Positions 47,688-56,686 of a stretch of DNA of 64,000 nucleotides are shown here, one piece after another (the stretch's first letter is position 1; every line of letters begins with the position of its first letter). Position numbers and translations under genes: made by a program. A model generated the notes under the pieces. It was not told the origin of the DNA. It was given only the letters and a program-made list of their open reading frames with translations, and did no database searches. This stretch comes from Thermoplasmata archaeon (GTDB taxonomy: Archaea; Thermoplasmatota; E2; DHVEG-1), in the NCBI GenBank assembly GCA_020054475.1, contig JAHWGJ010000003.1:30141-94140 (forward strand). The letters are read 5' to 3'.

Positions 47688-48845
47688 TTAAAGTGGTGAA
47701 AGTTTTCTTAATCTTTCAACAGTATCATTAACAGCTTTTACTATTAAAGGAATTTGATCAATATTATTTGATTTTCCTAACGTCATAACCATTGATCCAT
47801 GTGCTTCTTCATGTTTTAATCCAATTTCTAAAAGGACGTGTGATGGTTCAAGTGTTTTATGAGAACATGCTGAACCTGTTGCAATTTGAATATTATACAT
47901 ATCCATATTTAGTAAAATGCTTTCTCCTTCAATATTATTAAAAATAAAACTAACATGTCCCGGTAAACGTTTTTTAGGATGACCTGTTAAAAATGCACGA
48001 TCTATCTTTGAAATTTCTTTTATTAATTTATTTCTAATAATAGTTAATCTCTCTGATTCGCTTTTTATTTCATTTTTTATAATTTTTGATGCTTCACCCA
48101 TTCCAGCAATTGAAAATATATTCTCTGTTCCTGATTTTATACCTCTCTCTTGTCCGCCGCCAGGCATAATTGATTGTAATTTAACTCCAGGTTTTATATA
48201 AAGAATTCCAGCTCCTCTTGGCCCATAGATATCGTTTGATGAAAAGGTTAGTAAATCAATATCATCTCTTTGAACATCAACTGGTAAATAACCTATTGCT
48301 GCAGAAGCATCAACATGTAAATATTTTCCTTTATCATGTACAATTTCACTTATCTTTTTGATTGGTTGAATTGTACCAATTTCATTATTTGCATACATTA
48401 TTGAGGTAACTATTGTCTTTTTAGATAATAATTCATTTAGTTTATCATAATTAATAAAACCAAAATTATCTACTGGAATTTGATTATATGTCCATCCATT
48501 TTTTTGTAAATCTTTCATTGGATTTATTACAGACATGTGTTCAATCGAACTTGAAATAATTTCTTTACCATCATTTAAATTTCTAATTGCAGTTCCTCTT
48601 ATAGCAATATTATTTGATTCTGTTGCATTGTCTGTAAATATTATATTTTTTGAATTTTCAGCATTAATGAAAAATCTAATTTTTTCACGTGCTTCCTCCA
48701 AAGCTTTTTGCGACTCAAGACCTAAATTATAGAGAGATGAGGGATTACCATATTTTTTCATAAGATATGGTTTCGCAAAATTAAAAACCTCTTTAAGAAC
48801 TGGTCTTGAAGAAGCATGATCAAGATATATCCTCTTATTTTTCAT
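47688..48845 (-). CDS. iscS: IscS/NifS-like cysteine desulfurase homolog lacking the PLP-binding lysine
   Basis: Class-V aminotransferase fold (HVDASAA.G, NNEIGTIQP) with the catalytic-loop Cys present (ATGSACS). The canonical S-x-H-K position reads FSSNDIYGP, with Asp in place of Lys. Confidence 0.85.
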   Translation of the reverse strand: MKNKRIYLDHASSRPVLKEVFNFAKPYLMKKYGNPSSLYNLGLESQKALEEAREKIRFFINAENSKNIIFTDNATESNNIAIRGTAIRNLNDGKEIISSSIEHMSVINPMKDLQKNGWTYNQIPVDNFGFINYDKLNELLSKKTIVTSIMYANNEIGTIQPIKKISEIVHDKGKYLHVDASAAIGYLPVDVQRDDIDLLTFSSNDIYGPRGAGILYIKPGVKLQSIMPGGGQERGIKSGTENIFSIAGMGEASKIIKNEIKSESERLTIIRNKLIKEISKIDRAFLTGHPKKRLPGHVSFIFNNIEGESILLNMDMYNIQIATGSACSHKTLEPSHVLLEIGLKHEEAHGSMVMTLGKSNNIDQIPLIVKAVNDTVERLRKLSPL

Positions 48846-49208
48846 TTAAAACCACATTGTTGCTCCCGCATCTAATGCAAGATCATTTAATGTACCAGCA
48901 CCAACAATCTTCAAACCAGGTATTAAATCAACTTTATCCCACCCAAGCATTTGCTTTGATGCCTCACAAACATAAATTACAATACCCATATCAAGAGTTT
49001 TATCAATCATTTCTTTCAAATTTGGGAAATTTCCTAACTTAATTTTTTTAGCCTCTCCCATTCTTAGGAGTTTTAGCGAAGTTCCAAGATAATATACAAT
49101 TGGTTTTATATCCATCATTTTTGCAGTTTGAGCCAATATCAATGGAGAATATTGTTTCTCAACATCATCTGTAGTCTGAACATATAAAATTGAATTTTCA
49201 TCTTTCAT
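48846..49208 (-). CDS. DsrE/DsrF-like sulfur-relay family protein
   Basis: 120 aa. Size and pattern fit (ILAQTAKMMD..., VCEASKQMLGW with a conserved Cys). It abuts iscS with no intergenic gap. Confidence 0.55.
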   Translation of the reverse strand: MKDENSILYVQTTDDVEKQYSPLILAQTAKMMDIKPIVYYLGTSLKLLRMGEAKKIKLGNFPNLKEMIDKTLDMGIVIYVCEASKQMLGWDKVDLIPGLKIVGAGTLNDLALDAGATMWF

Positions 49209-49223
49209 TTTACAACCTCATTA

Positions 49224-49454
49224 TCATTTATTTTTTTTAATGATGAATGTAAGAATATTTCCTTTTTTTTCAAATTTTAATAGATTATGTCCCGTTCTTT
49301 TTGCCCATCTTTTAATATCTTCCTCAGCAGCGGGATCATCAGCTTCAATTTTTAAAATTTGACCAATTTCAATATCATCAATACCTTCTTTTGTCATTGC
49401 AATTGGCATTGGACAAAAATACCCAACACAGTCAATTTCTTTATTAATTTTCAA
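49224..49454 (-). CDS. tusA: TusA/SirA-like sulfurtransferase
   Basis: 76 aa with the CPMP active-site motif (DCVGYFCPMPI). Confidence 0.8.
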   Translation of the reverse strand: MKINKEIDCVGYFCPMPIAMTKEGIDDIEIGQILKIEADDPAAEEDIKRWAKRTGHNLLKFEKKGNILTFIIKKNK

Positions 49455-49485
49455 TTCTTTATTCAGATTAACCCCTCTTTTGCTT

Positions 49486-49992
49486 TTACCCGCCTAAAAA
49501 ATCCAATTCATACCAATAACCTGTTTTACTTAAATGATCGAATTCTTCTTGAAGAATTGAATAATGATTTTTTTCCTGCTCAATTATTTCATTTATAATT
49601 TGACGAATGTCTTCTTCTTTCGTTTTTTCTTTTATCTTCCCATAATATTCTATAGCATCTTTTTCGCTATCCATTGCTATTTTAATTGCATCTAATTCAT
49701 TTGTATCAGGATTTACGCCTTCGATTTGTTTTAAATCTTTTGGAAATATATCAATATCAGCATATTTTTTACTTGAATTTACTAGGTTTTCCCATTCTGA
49801 TTTCTCAATTTTATCTTCAAATAATTTTTGAAAAACTTTAAGATGTAATTGCTCATCATTTGCTAGACTTTCAAATATCTCCTTTCCCATGTCGCTGGAT
49901 GTTTGTACTGATGCTTTTTTATAGAATGCATATCCATCTTTTTCCATTTGAATTGCTGTTTTTATTGAATTTTTTACTTCATCTTCTATCAT
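49486..49992 (-). CDS. Ferritin-like diiron protein (rubrerythrin family, no rubredoxin domain)
   Basis: Two E-x(n)-E-x2-H half-sites: MEKDGYAFY...NDEQLH and SEKDAIEYY...IEQEKNH. Confidence 0.7.
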   Translation of the reverse strand: MIEDEVKNSIKTAIQMEKDGYAFYKKASVQTSSDMGKEIFESLANDEQLHLKVFQKLFEDKIEKSEWENLVNSSKKYADIDIFPKDLKQIEGVNPDTNELDAIKIAMDSEKDAIEYYGKIKEKTKEEDIRQIINEIIEQEKNHYSILQEEFDHLSKTGYWYELDFLGG

Positions 49993-50013
49993 TTTAACTC
50001 CTCAAACTAGTTC

Positions 50014-50550
50014 TTAATAATTTTCGGTCCATATTTCAAAATAAGCTCTTGGATGTTTACATACAGGACAACAATCAATTGCTTCTATTCCCTCATGAAT
50101 ATATCCACAATTTATACATTTCCAATATATTTTTCCATCTCTTTTGAAAACCTTTCCTTCTTCAATATTTTTTAATAGTTTTTTATATCGATTTTCATGT
50201 TTTTCTTCTACTTTTGCTATGCCTTCAAACATTTCAGCAATTTCATTAAATCCTTCTTCGTATGCCTCTTTTGCCATTGTAGGATACATATCTGTCCATT
50301 CATAGTTTTCACCCTTTGCAGCTTCTTTTAGATTTTTAATAGTATTCCCAATACCATTTAGTTTTCTAAAATGTAATTTTGCATGTTCTTTCTCATTTTC
50401 AGCTGTTTCAAGAAAAAATGCTGAAATTTGTTCATATCCTTCCTTTTTTGCAATTTTTGCAAAATATGTATATTTATTTCTTGCTTGGGATTCTCCTGCA
50501 AAAGCATCCCATAAATTTTTCTCTGTTTTTGTTCCTTTTAAATCTTTCAT
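50014..50550 (-). CDS. rbr: Rubrerythrin
   Basis: Diiron four-helix bundle ([25 protein letters not shown]) plus a C-terminal rubredoxin (CINCGY...CPVCKHP). Confidence 0.9.
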   Translation of the reverse strand: MKDLKGTKTEKNLWDAFAGESQARNKYTYFAKIAKKEGYEQISAFFLETAENEKEHAKLHFRKLNGIGNTIKNLKEAAKGENYEWTDMYPTMAKEAYEEGFNEIAEMFEGIAKVEEKHENRYKKLLKNIEEGKVFKRDGKIYWKCINCGYIHEGIEAIDCCPVCKHPRAYFEIWTENY

Positions 50551-50584
50551 TTTTTAACACCTCGATTATAAATTGAAATTTTAT

Positions 50585-51079
50585 TTATGGGCCAATATGC
50601 ATCATTGGCCAATATACATCTGCTTCTTCAAATCTCTCCATACTTTCTTTTTCAATTTCAATTAATTTGTAATGTCCAAGTTCCATATCTGAAAAATATT
50701 TCAAAGTATGATTAATTTTTGTTCCATCTTCAAATCTATCGGCAAAAGATTTATAGAAATCTTGTGCAGCTTTCTCTGCTTGCATTGCACTCATAAAAAT
50801 TTTACTAAGAGGTATATTTTCATCATCTATTATTATCTCAGGTAAAGGAACTGGAGTTTCTTTTGGAAGATTAATTTTTTTATCTGGAAAATGATTTCGA
50901 TATTCATCTTCAATAAAATTCTTATGTTTTTCTTCTTCTTTTGCTAAAAATTCTAGTTTATCTTGTAACAAACCATTCTGAATCTTTTTTGCTAAATTCG
51001 AATATAATTTGTTGCTTTCAATCTCACTTTTTATGGCAGTTAGAAATAAATCTTCGAGATTGTATTCACTTAAATTCAT
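50585..51079 (-). CDS. Ferritin-like diiron protein (rubrerythrin family)
   Basis: SEIESNKLY...KEEEKH and QAEKAAQDFY...MELGH half-sites. Confidence 0.65.
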   Translation of the reverse strand: MNLSEYNLEDLFLTAIKSEIESNKLYSNLAKKIQNGLLQDKLEFLAKEEEKHKNFIEDEYRNHFPDKKINLPKETPVPLPEIIIDDENIPLSKIFMSAMQAEKAAQDFYKSFADRFEDGTKINHTLKYFSDMELGHYKLIEIEKESMERFEEADVYWPMMHIGP

Positions 51080-51091
51080 TATTTTCTCCCC

Positions 51092-51607
51092 TTAATTTTT
51101 TTCTTTAACAGGTGGATTATATACTCTTATTGATAATTCTTTATCAATCATAAATAATCCATTTCCTTTTGATCCGGCAAGTTCAAGTTTTGATATTATA
51201 TCGTTATCATTTCCTTCTTCTTCTATTTGTTCTGTTACAAACCATTGTAAAAATATTTGTGTAGCATGATCTTTTTCATTTATAGAAAGGTCAACAAGTT
51301 CATTGATACATTTTGTTATGAATTGTTCATGTTTTAATGTTTTTTGAAACATATCCATTGGATTTTTAAAATCTGATAAAGGTTCATCTATCGCCATTAA
51401 TTTTACCTTTCCACCCTGACTATTTACATAATCATATATTTTCATTGCATGTTCCATTTCCTCATTATATTGTACCATGAACCAATTCGCAAATCCTGTA
51501 AGTCCAATCGAATTACTATGTGATGACATTGACATATAGAGATAAGCAGAATACATTTCTCTATTTATCTGTTCATTTAATTCTTTTTCCATTTTTTTAC
51601 TTAACAT
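51092..51607 (-). CDS. Ferritin (Ftn-type)
   Basis: 171 aa with LNEQINREMYSAYLYMSM...EEMEHAMK...EQIEEE, the typical ferroxidase-centre residues. Confidence 0.85.
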   Translation of the reverse strand: MLSKKMEKELNEQINREMYSAYLYMSMSSHSNSIGLTGFANWFMVQYNEEMEHAMKIYDYVNSQGGKVKLMAIDEPLSDFKNPMDMFQKTLKHEQFITKCINELVDLSINEKDHATQIFLQWFVTEQIEEEGNDNDIISKLELAGSKGNGLFMIDKELSIRVYNPPVKEKN

Positions 51608-51622
51608 TTTTTTTTACCTCTT

Positions 51623-51778
51623 TTATTTTATTCTTTTCATAGGTTTACCACAACAGTATGGTATTGAACTTGGTTCTTCATCAAACTCAATTATACCGCA
51701 GGAACATTCATCTCCTGAACATTCACATTCATATTGAACAGGCTTACCTAGATTATCACAACCACAACTTTCACACAT
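51623..51778 (-). CDS. Unlisted 51-aa cysteine-rich (9 Cys) putative metal-binding mini-protein
   Basis: My own translation gives MCESCGCDNLGKPVQYECECSGDECSCGIIEFDEEPSSIPYCCGKPMKRIK. The ATG at 51778 is preceded by GAGGTGA. The ORF fills the gap between fprA and ferritin and falls below the ORF-track length cutoff. Confidence 0.55.
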   Translation of the reverse strand: MCESCGCDNLGKPVQYECECSGDECSCGIIEFDEEPSSIPYCCGKPMKRIK

Positions 51779-51793
51779 ATAATTTTTCACCTC

Positions 51794-52972
51794 TTATTTT
51801 TTCAAATAATTTCCTAATGTATTTCCAATATTTTTTATTTCCTTCAAATCATTTTCATCTGGAATATAGTTAATATTTACACTTTTAACTGGAATTTCCC
51901 ATGAAAGATCATTAATTATTTTTTCAATTTCACCAACAGCTTGACCGCCCCAACCATATGATCCAAAAACAAATCCAATTTTATTCCTTGGTCTTAAACC
52001 CTTCATATATGATAAAAAACCACCCATTGTAGGTAATAAACCATTATTTAAAGTTGGAGAGCCAAATAATATTAATTTGGAAGTCATAATTTCTGACATA
52101 ATATCAGAAAAATGAGAGGTTTTTAAATTTCTTAATGAGACATTCAAGCCAGTTTCATTTATCCCTTCTCTCAAAGAATAAGCAATTTTTTCAGTTGAAC
52201 CCCACATTGTATCGTATATGATTAGTGCTCTATTTTCTGATTCATGTTTTGACCATTTTTTATATTCTTTAATAATATTATTAATATTATTCTTCCAGAT
52301 TATACCATGGCTTGGCGCAATCATTTTTATATCCAAATTTTCAATTGTAGAAAGAGCTTTTTCAACCTGAGACCCATAAGGCATCACAATATTTGCATAA
52401 TATTTCGCAGCTTCCTCTTTTAAAATACCCCATTCAACTTCATTATCAAATCTTTCTGAACTTGCAATATGTTGTCCAAAAGAATCATTCGATAATAATA
52501 ATTTATCCTCTTTAATATAAGTGACCATTGAATCTGGCCAATGAACCATAGGGATATGTACAAAAGTAAGATTTCTTTTTCCAATATTTAATGTATCACC
52601 TGATTCAACCACTTTCAAATTTAGATTTTTTTTGTAATGTTTTTTTAATCCTTTCTCACCTCGTGTAGAAGTAATAATTGTAGCATTTGGACATAATTCT
52701 GTCATTTCAGTTAAAGATCCAGAGTGATCCATTTCAACATGATTTGATACTATATATTCAATTTTTTTAGGATTTATTATTTCTTTTATTCTTGAGAGCA
52801 TTTCACCCTTAAATTTTGGTTTTACAGTATCGATTAAGGTTATTTTTTCATCTATAATTAGATAAGCATTATATGTTGTTCCTCTATTTGTTGAATATCC
52901 ATGAAAATTTCGAATATCCCAGTCAATCCCGCCAACCCAAAATATATTTGGTTTTAGCTCAATTTTTTCCAT
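51794..52972 (-). CDS. fprA: Flavodiiron protein (FprA / rubredoxin:oxygen-NO oxidoreductase)
   Basis: Metallo-beta-lactamase-like diiron motif SNHVEMDHSGS plus a C-terminal flavodoxin domain (IIYDTMWGSTEK). Confidence 0.9.
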   Translation of the reverse strand: MEKIELKPNIFWVGGIDWDIRNFHGYSTNRGTTYNAYLIIDEKITLIDTVKPKFKGEMLSRIKEIINPKKIEYIVSNHVEMDHSGSLTEMTELCPNATIITSTRGEKGLKKHYKKNLNLKVVESGDTLNIGKRNLTFVHIPMVHWPDSMVTYIKEDKLLLSNDSFGQHIASSERFDNEVEWGILKEEAAKYYANIVMPYGSQVEKALSTIENLDIKMIAPSHGIIWKNNINNIIKEYKKWSKHESENRALIIYDTMWGSTEKIAYSLREGINETGLNVSLRNLKTSHFSDIMSEIMTSKLILFGSPTLNNGLLPTMGGFLSYMKGLRPRNKIGFVFGSYGWGGQAVGEIEKIINDLSWEIPVKSVNINYIPDENDLKEIKNIGNTLGNYLKK

Positions 52973-52980
52973 TTAATTTT

Positions 52981-53688
52981 TTACTCCTTTTCAAATTGGT
53001 CTTTTGATGCACCGCATATTGGACATACCCAATCTTTAGGTAGATCTTCAAATTTTGTTTCGGGTTTTATTCCACTTTCTGGATCTCCTTTAGCGGGATC
53101 ATAAACATATCCGCATACATTACAAACATATTTTTCCATTTTCTTTTCCTCCATATTATTTATTTTTTTATCTAAAATTTTATTATAAGTGGGAGCATTT
53201 TTTGGAGATTTTCCGCCTTTACATTCATGATAATATTCATATGTCATTACTGGCTTATCAGACAATATATCGGCATCTTTTACTTCTCCAATAAAAATTG
53301 TATGTGTTGACATATCAATACTATTCAATACTTTAACTTCAATAAAAGCAGTTGAATTATCTAATATTATTGGTATTTTATTTTTAGATAATTTATAGTC
53401 AACTTCATTAAATTTATTAATATCTTTACCAGATTTAAAGCCAAAATTTCCAATAAAACTCATTGGTGTTTCTTCTGATAATACTGATATTGTAAAAAAT
53501 TTACTTTTAGAAATATATTTATGTGTTAAATTATTTTTATTTATACTTATTGCAATAGTTGGTGGCTGCGATGTAACTTGAAATATTGCGTTTGCAATCT
53601 GCCCATTAATTTTCTCATTTTCTTTGGAACAGATTATATATAGACCATATGAAATTTTATGTAATGATTTAAGATTCATGTTTATCAA
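52981..53688 (-). CDS. Flavin reductase-like domain fused to rubredoxin (high-molecular-weight rubredoxin, Hrb-like)
   Basis: N-terminal FMN-binding split-barrel domain. The C-terminal segment [12 protein letters not shown]...[13 protein letters not shown] is a canonical rubredoxin. Confidence 0.85.
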   Translation of the reverse strand: MINMNLKSLHKISYGLYIICSKENEKINGQIANAIFQVTSQPPTIAISINKNNLTHKYISKSKFFTISVLSEETPMSFIGNFGFKSGKDINKFNEVDYKLSKNKIPIILDNSTAFIEVKVLNSIDMSTHTIFIGEVKDADILSDKPVMTYEYYHECKGGKSPKNAPTYNKILDKKINNMEEKKMEKYVCNVCGYVYDPAKGDPESGIKPETKFEDLPKDWVCPICGASKDQFEKE

Positions 53689-54100
53689 TTTCCTTTTCTA
53701 AACATTCTTTACATTTACCTTTGAAATAGCCATGAACTTCCTCAATTTTATGTCCAATTTCTAATGTTTTTTTAATATTTGGACAAGTGATTTCAATATC
53801 TATTATCCTCCCACATTTTTTACACATGAAATGATGATGCATTTCATTGATAATATCATATCTTGACTCTAATCCAGTGATAGAAATCGAGTTAATAATA
53901 TTATGTTTATTAAGTATTTCTAATGAATTATAAACCGTCGTTTTTGATAAAGAGGGATTATTTTTTTTTAAATCTGTATAAATTTGATATGCTGTTGGAT
54001 GGTTCCTATGCTTATCTAAATATCTTAAAATTTCAAGTCTTTGAGGTGTTATTTGTATGGATTTATTTTTTAGTAAATTGACATATTTTTCAAACATCAT
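53669..54100 (-). CDS. Fur-family metalloregulator (PerR-like by context)
   Basis: [12 protein letters not shown]...HPTAYQIY wHTH, HHHFMC..CG and C..C structural Zn site. It overlaps the downstream gene by 20 nt and heads the oxidative-stress gene string. Confidence 0.8.
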   Translation of the reverse strand: MMFEKYVNLLKNKSIQITPQRLEILRYLDKHRNHPTAYQIYTDLKKNNPSLSKTTVYNSLEILNKHNIINSISITGLESRYDIINEMHHHFMCKKCGRIIDIEITCPNIKKTLEIGHKIEEVHGYFKGKCKECLEKEIDKHES

Positions 54101-54127
54101 ATCACAATATCTAAAATGATAACTAAT

Positions 54128-54159
54128 TTGTAATGATTATAATTTTATAATGAATACAA
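54128..54159. promoter_or_regulatory. 32-bp near-palindrome containing two Fur/Per-box-like 7-1-7 sites
   Basis: TTGTAATGATTATAATTTTATAATGAATACAA. The first 15 nt match the Bacillus Per box TTATAATNATTATAA at 14/15 positions. It lies 28 nt upstream of the Fur-family gene start. Confidence 0.45.
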
Positions 54160-54275
54160 ATTAAGGTATAAATATTTTTCCATCATAATTAACGAATTTG
54201 TAAACAATTAATTATCAGATAATACGAATAGCTAAAAATATTAATGATAAATCGATACACGAATTGTGAATAAAA

Positions 54276-55625
54276 ATGGATAACTCTACATGTCCTCTTG
54301 ATTATCGCTATGGAAGAAAAGAATTAAAAGAAATTTTTGGTGAAACTAAAAGACTTCAATACTTATTAGATGTTGAATCTGCTCTAGCAAGAGCACATGC
54401 AAAAGTTGGGAATATTCCAAAAAAAGCAGCGGATGAGATTACAAAAAAAGCTACAATAGATTATGTTAAAATAAATAGAGTAAACGAAATAGAATTAGAA
54501 ACAAAACACGACATAATGGCTGTAACAAAGGCTCTATCGGAAGTTTGTGAAGGAGAGGCAGGAAAATATATACATTTAGGAGCAACAAGTTATGATATTG
54601 TCGATACTGCAAATGCATTACAATTTTCAGAATCAACAACATACATCCAAAAAGGTTTGAAAGAACTAAGATCAAACTTAGTAAAACTCTCAAAGCAACA
54701 TAAAAAAACTGTAATGCTTGGAAGAACACACGGCCAACATACAATACCAATTACTTTTGGTTTGAAGATGGCGGGATATGCAATGGAAATTGAAAGACAC
54801 TTAGAACGTCTATTTGAATGTAAAAGCAGATTACTAATTGGAAAACTATCCGGCGCAGTAGGAACAGGAGCAGCATTAGGTGAAAATGCATTAATAATCC
54901 AACAAGAAATGCTAAATGAACTAAAACTTGGAATAGAAGATGTTTCAACACAAATAGTATGCAGAGATAGATATAATGAATTATTATGTATTTTAGCTAA
55001 TATATCAACAAGCATGGAAAAATTTGCCACTGAAATTAGAAATCTTCAAAGAGATGAAATATCAGAAGTGGCTGAAGCATTTGAAGCAAAAAAACAAGTA
55101 GGTTCATCAACTATGCCTCATAAAAGAAATCCAATTACGTCAGAACAAATTTGTGGATTATCCCGTATAGTTAGAAGTTTAATAATACCTGCTTTTGAAA
55201 ATTCTATTCAATGGCATGAAAGAGATTTATGTAATTCATCAAGTGAGAGATTTATCATACCTCATTCAATTATATTAACAGATTGGATAGTGTATCAAAC
55301 AAATTCAGTATTTAAAAACCTTAAAATATTTCCAGAGAAAATGAAAAAAAACATGGCAATATCAAAAGGGTTACCAATGGCAGAATCAATGATGACTACC
55401 CTTATAAAAAAAGGAATGGGACGTGGAGATGCTCATGAATTGATGAGAAAAATATCATTAAAAGCAGTTAAATTAGAAAAAACATTAAAAGAAGTATTTA
55501 TAAATGAGAATAAAAAATTAAAACTCCTTAACAATAATGAAATAGAATACGCATTAAATCCAGAAAATTATCTTGGAGTGACTGAAAAAATAATTGATAG
55601 AGTAATAAAAAAACTTGATAGATGA
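54276..55625 (+). CDS. purB: Adenylosuccinate lyase
   Basis: 449 aa with the fumarate-lyase signature GSSTMPHKRNP. Confidence 0.92.
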   Translation: MDNSTCPLDYRYGRKELKEIFGETKRLQYLLDVESALARAHAKVGNIPKKAADEITKKATIDYVKINRVNEIELETKHDIMAVTKALSEVCEGEAGKYIHLGATSYDIVDTANALQFSESTTYIQKGLKELRSNLVKLSKQHKKTVMLGRTHGQHTIPITFGLKMAGYAMEIERHLERLFECKSRLLIGKLSGAVGTGAALGENALIIQQEMLNELKLGIEDVSTQIVCRDRYNELLCILANISTSMEKFATEIRNLQRDEISEVAEAFEAKKQVGSSTMPHKRNPITSEQICGLSRIVRSLIIPAFENSIQWHERDLCNSSSERFIIPHSIILTDWIVYQTNSVFKNLKIFPEKMKKNMAISKGLPMAESMMTTLIKKGMGRGDAHELMRKISLKAVKLEKTLKEVFINENKKLKLLNNNEIEYALNPENYLGVTEKIIDRVIKKLDR

Positions 55626-55629
55626 TAAA

Positions 55630-56667
55630 ATGAATTTTATTGAAAAAATAACGTCAAATACAGAAGAAACTATAACTATTGAAGAATTGAAAAATGTTTT
55701 AAATAAACCAAAACCTAAAGCATACATAGGATTTGAACCATCAGGTTCAGTTCATCTTGGTTGGAAAATATGTACAAATAAAATAAAGGATTTTCTAGAA
55801 TGTGGATTCGATTTTATAATATTACTTGCTGATTGGCATGCCTATATAAATGATAAACTAAACGGCGACATCGATAAAATTCAACTCTGTGGTAAATATA
55901 TGGAAGACTGTTTCGCTGCAATGGGTATAAATAAAAATGAAGTGAAATTTGTCTACGCTAGTGATTATATTGGAGATCCAAATTATTGGGAATTAGTATT
56001 AAAAACTTCAAAAGCAACTTCTGTAGCAAGAGTAAAACGTGCAATGGATATTATGGGAAGAGATGCCGAAGAAGCTGAGAAAGATCTTTCAAAACTATTT
56101 TATCCAGCAATGCAAGTTTCCGACATATTCTATTTAAAATTAGATGTTGCATATGGCGGAACGGATCAAAGGCATGCTCATATGCTTGCAAGAGATGTCT
56201 CAAAAAAACTTGGAATCACCCCACCTGTTGCAATCCATACCCCATTACTAACAAGCCTTCAAGCAGGTGGGAGAATGGATCCAATAGAATCAAAAATGAG
56301 TAAAAGCAAGCCAGATTCAATGATATCAATTCATGATTCATCTGAAGAAGTAAAAAATAAAATAAAAAAGGCGTTTTGTCCGGAAAAACAAAACATAGGA
56401 AACCCAATTCTTGAAATATGTAAATATATAATATTTCCAGAATTAAAAAAAGAATCATTTATAATTGAGAGACCAGAAAAATATGGAGGTAATCTTGAAT
56501 TTAAATCATTTGAAGAATTAGAAAATAAATATTTACAAGGATTACATCCTCTTGATTTAAAAAATTCTACAATAAATTATATAAATAATATTTTAGAGCC
56601 CGTTAGAAAATATTTTGATGATAATCCTCATAACTATAATAAAATTAAAGAAGTTGGAATCATATAA
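55630..56667 (+). CDS. tyrS: Tyrosyl-tRNA synthetase (archaeal type)
   Basis: Class-I motifs: GFEPSGSVHLGW (HIGH-like) and KMSKSKP. I prefer the start at 55630 (MNFIEK) over the track's 55615. Confidence 0.88.
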   Translation: MNFIEKITSNTEETITIEELKNVLNKPKPKAYIGFEPSGSVHLGWKICTNKIKDFLECGFDFIILLADWHAYINDKLNGDIDKIQLCGKYMEDCFAAMGINKNEVKFVYASDYIGDPNYWELVLKTSKATSVARVKRAMDIMGRDAEEAEKDLSKLFYPAMQVSDIFYLKLDVAYGGTDQRHAHMLARDVSKKLGITPPVAIHTPLLTSLQAGGRMDPIESKMSKSKPDSMISIHDSSEEVKNKIKKAFCPEKQNIGNPILEICKYIIFPELKKESFIIERPEKYGGNLEFKSFEELENKYLQGLHPLDLKNSTINYINNILEPVRKYFDDNPHNYNKIKEVGII

Positions 56668-56686
56668 TAAAGAAAAAAGATCGGTT

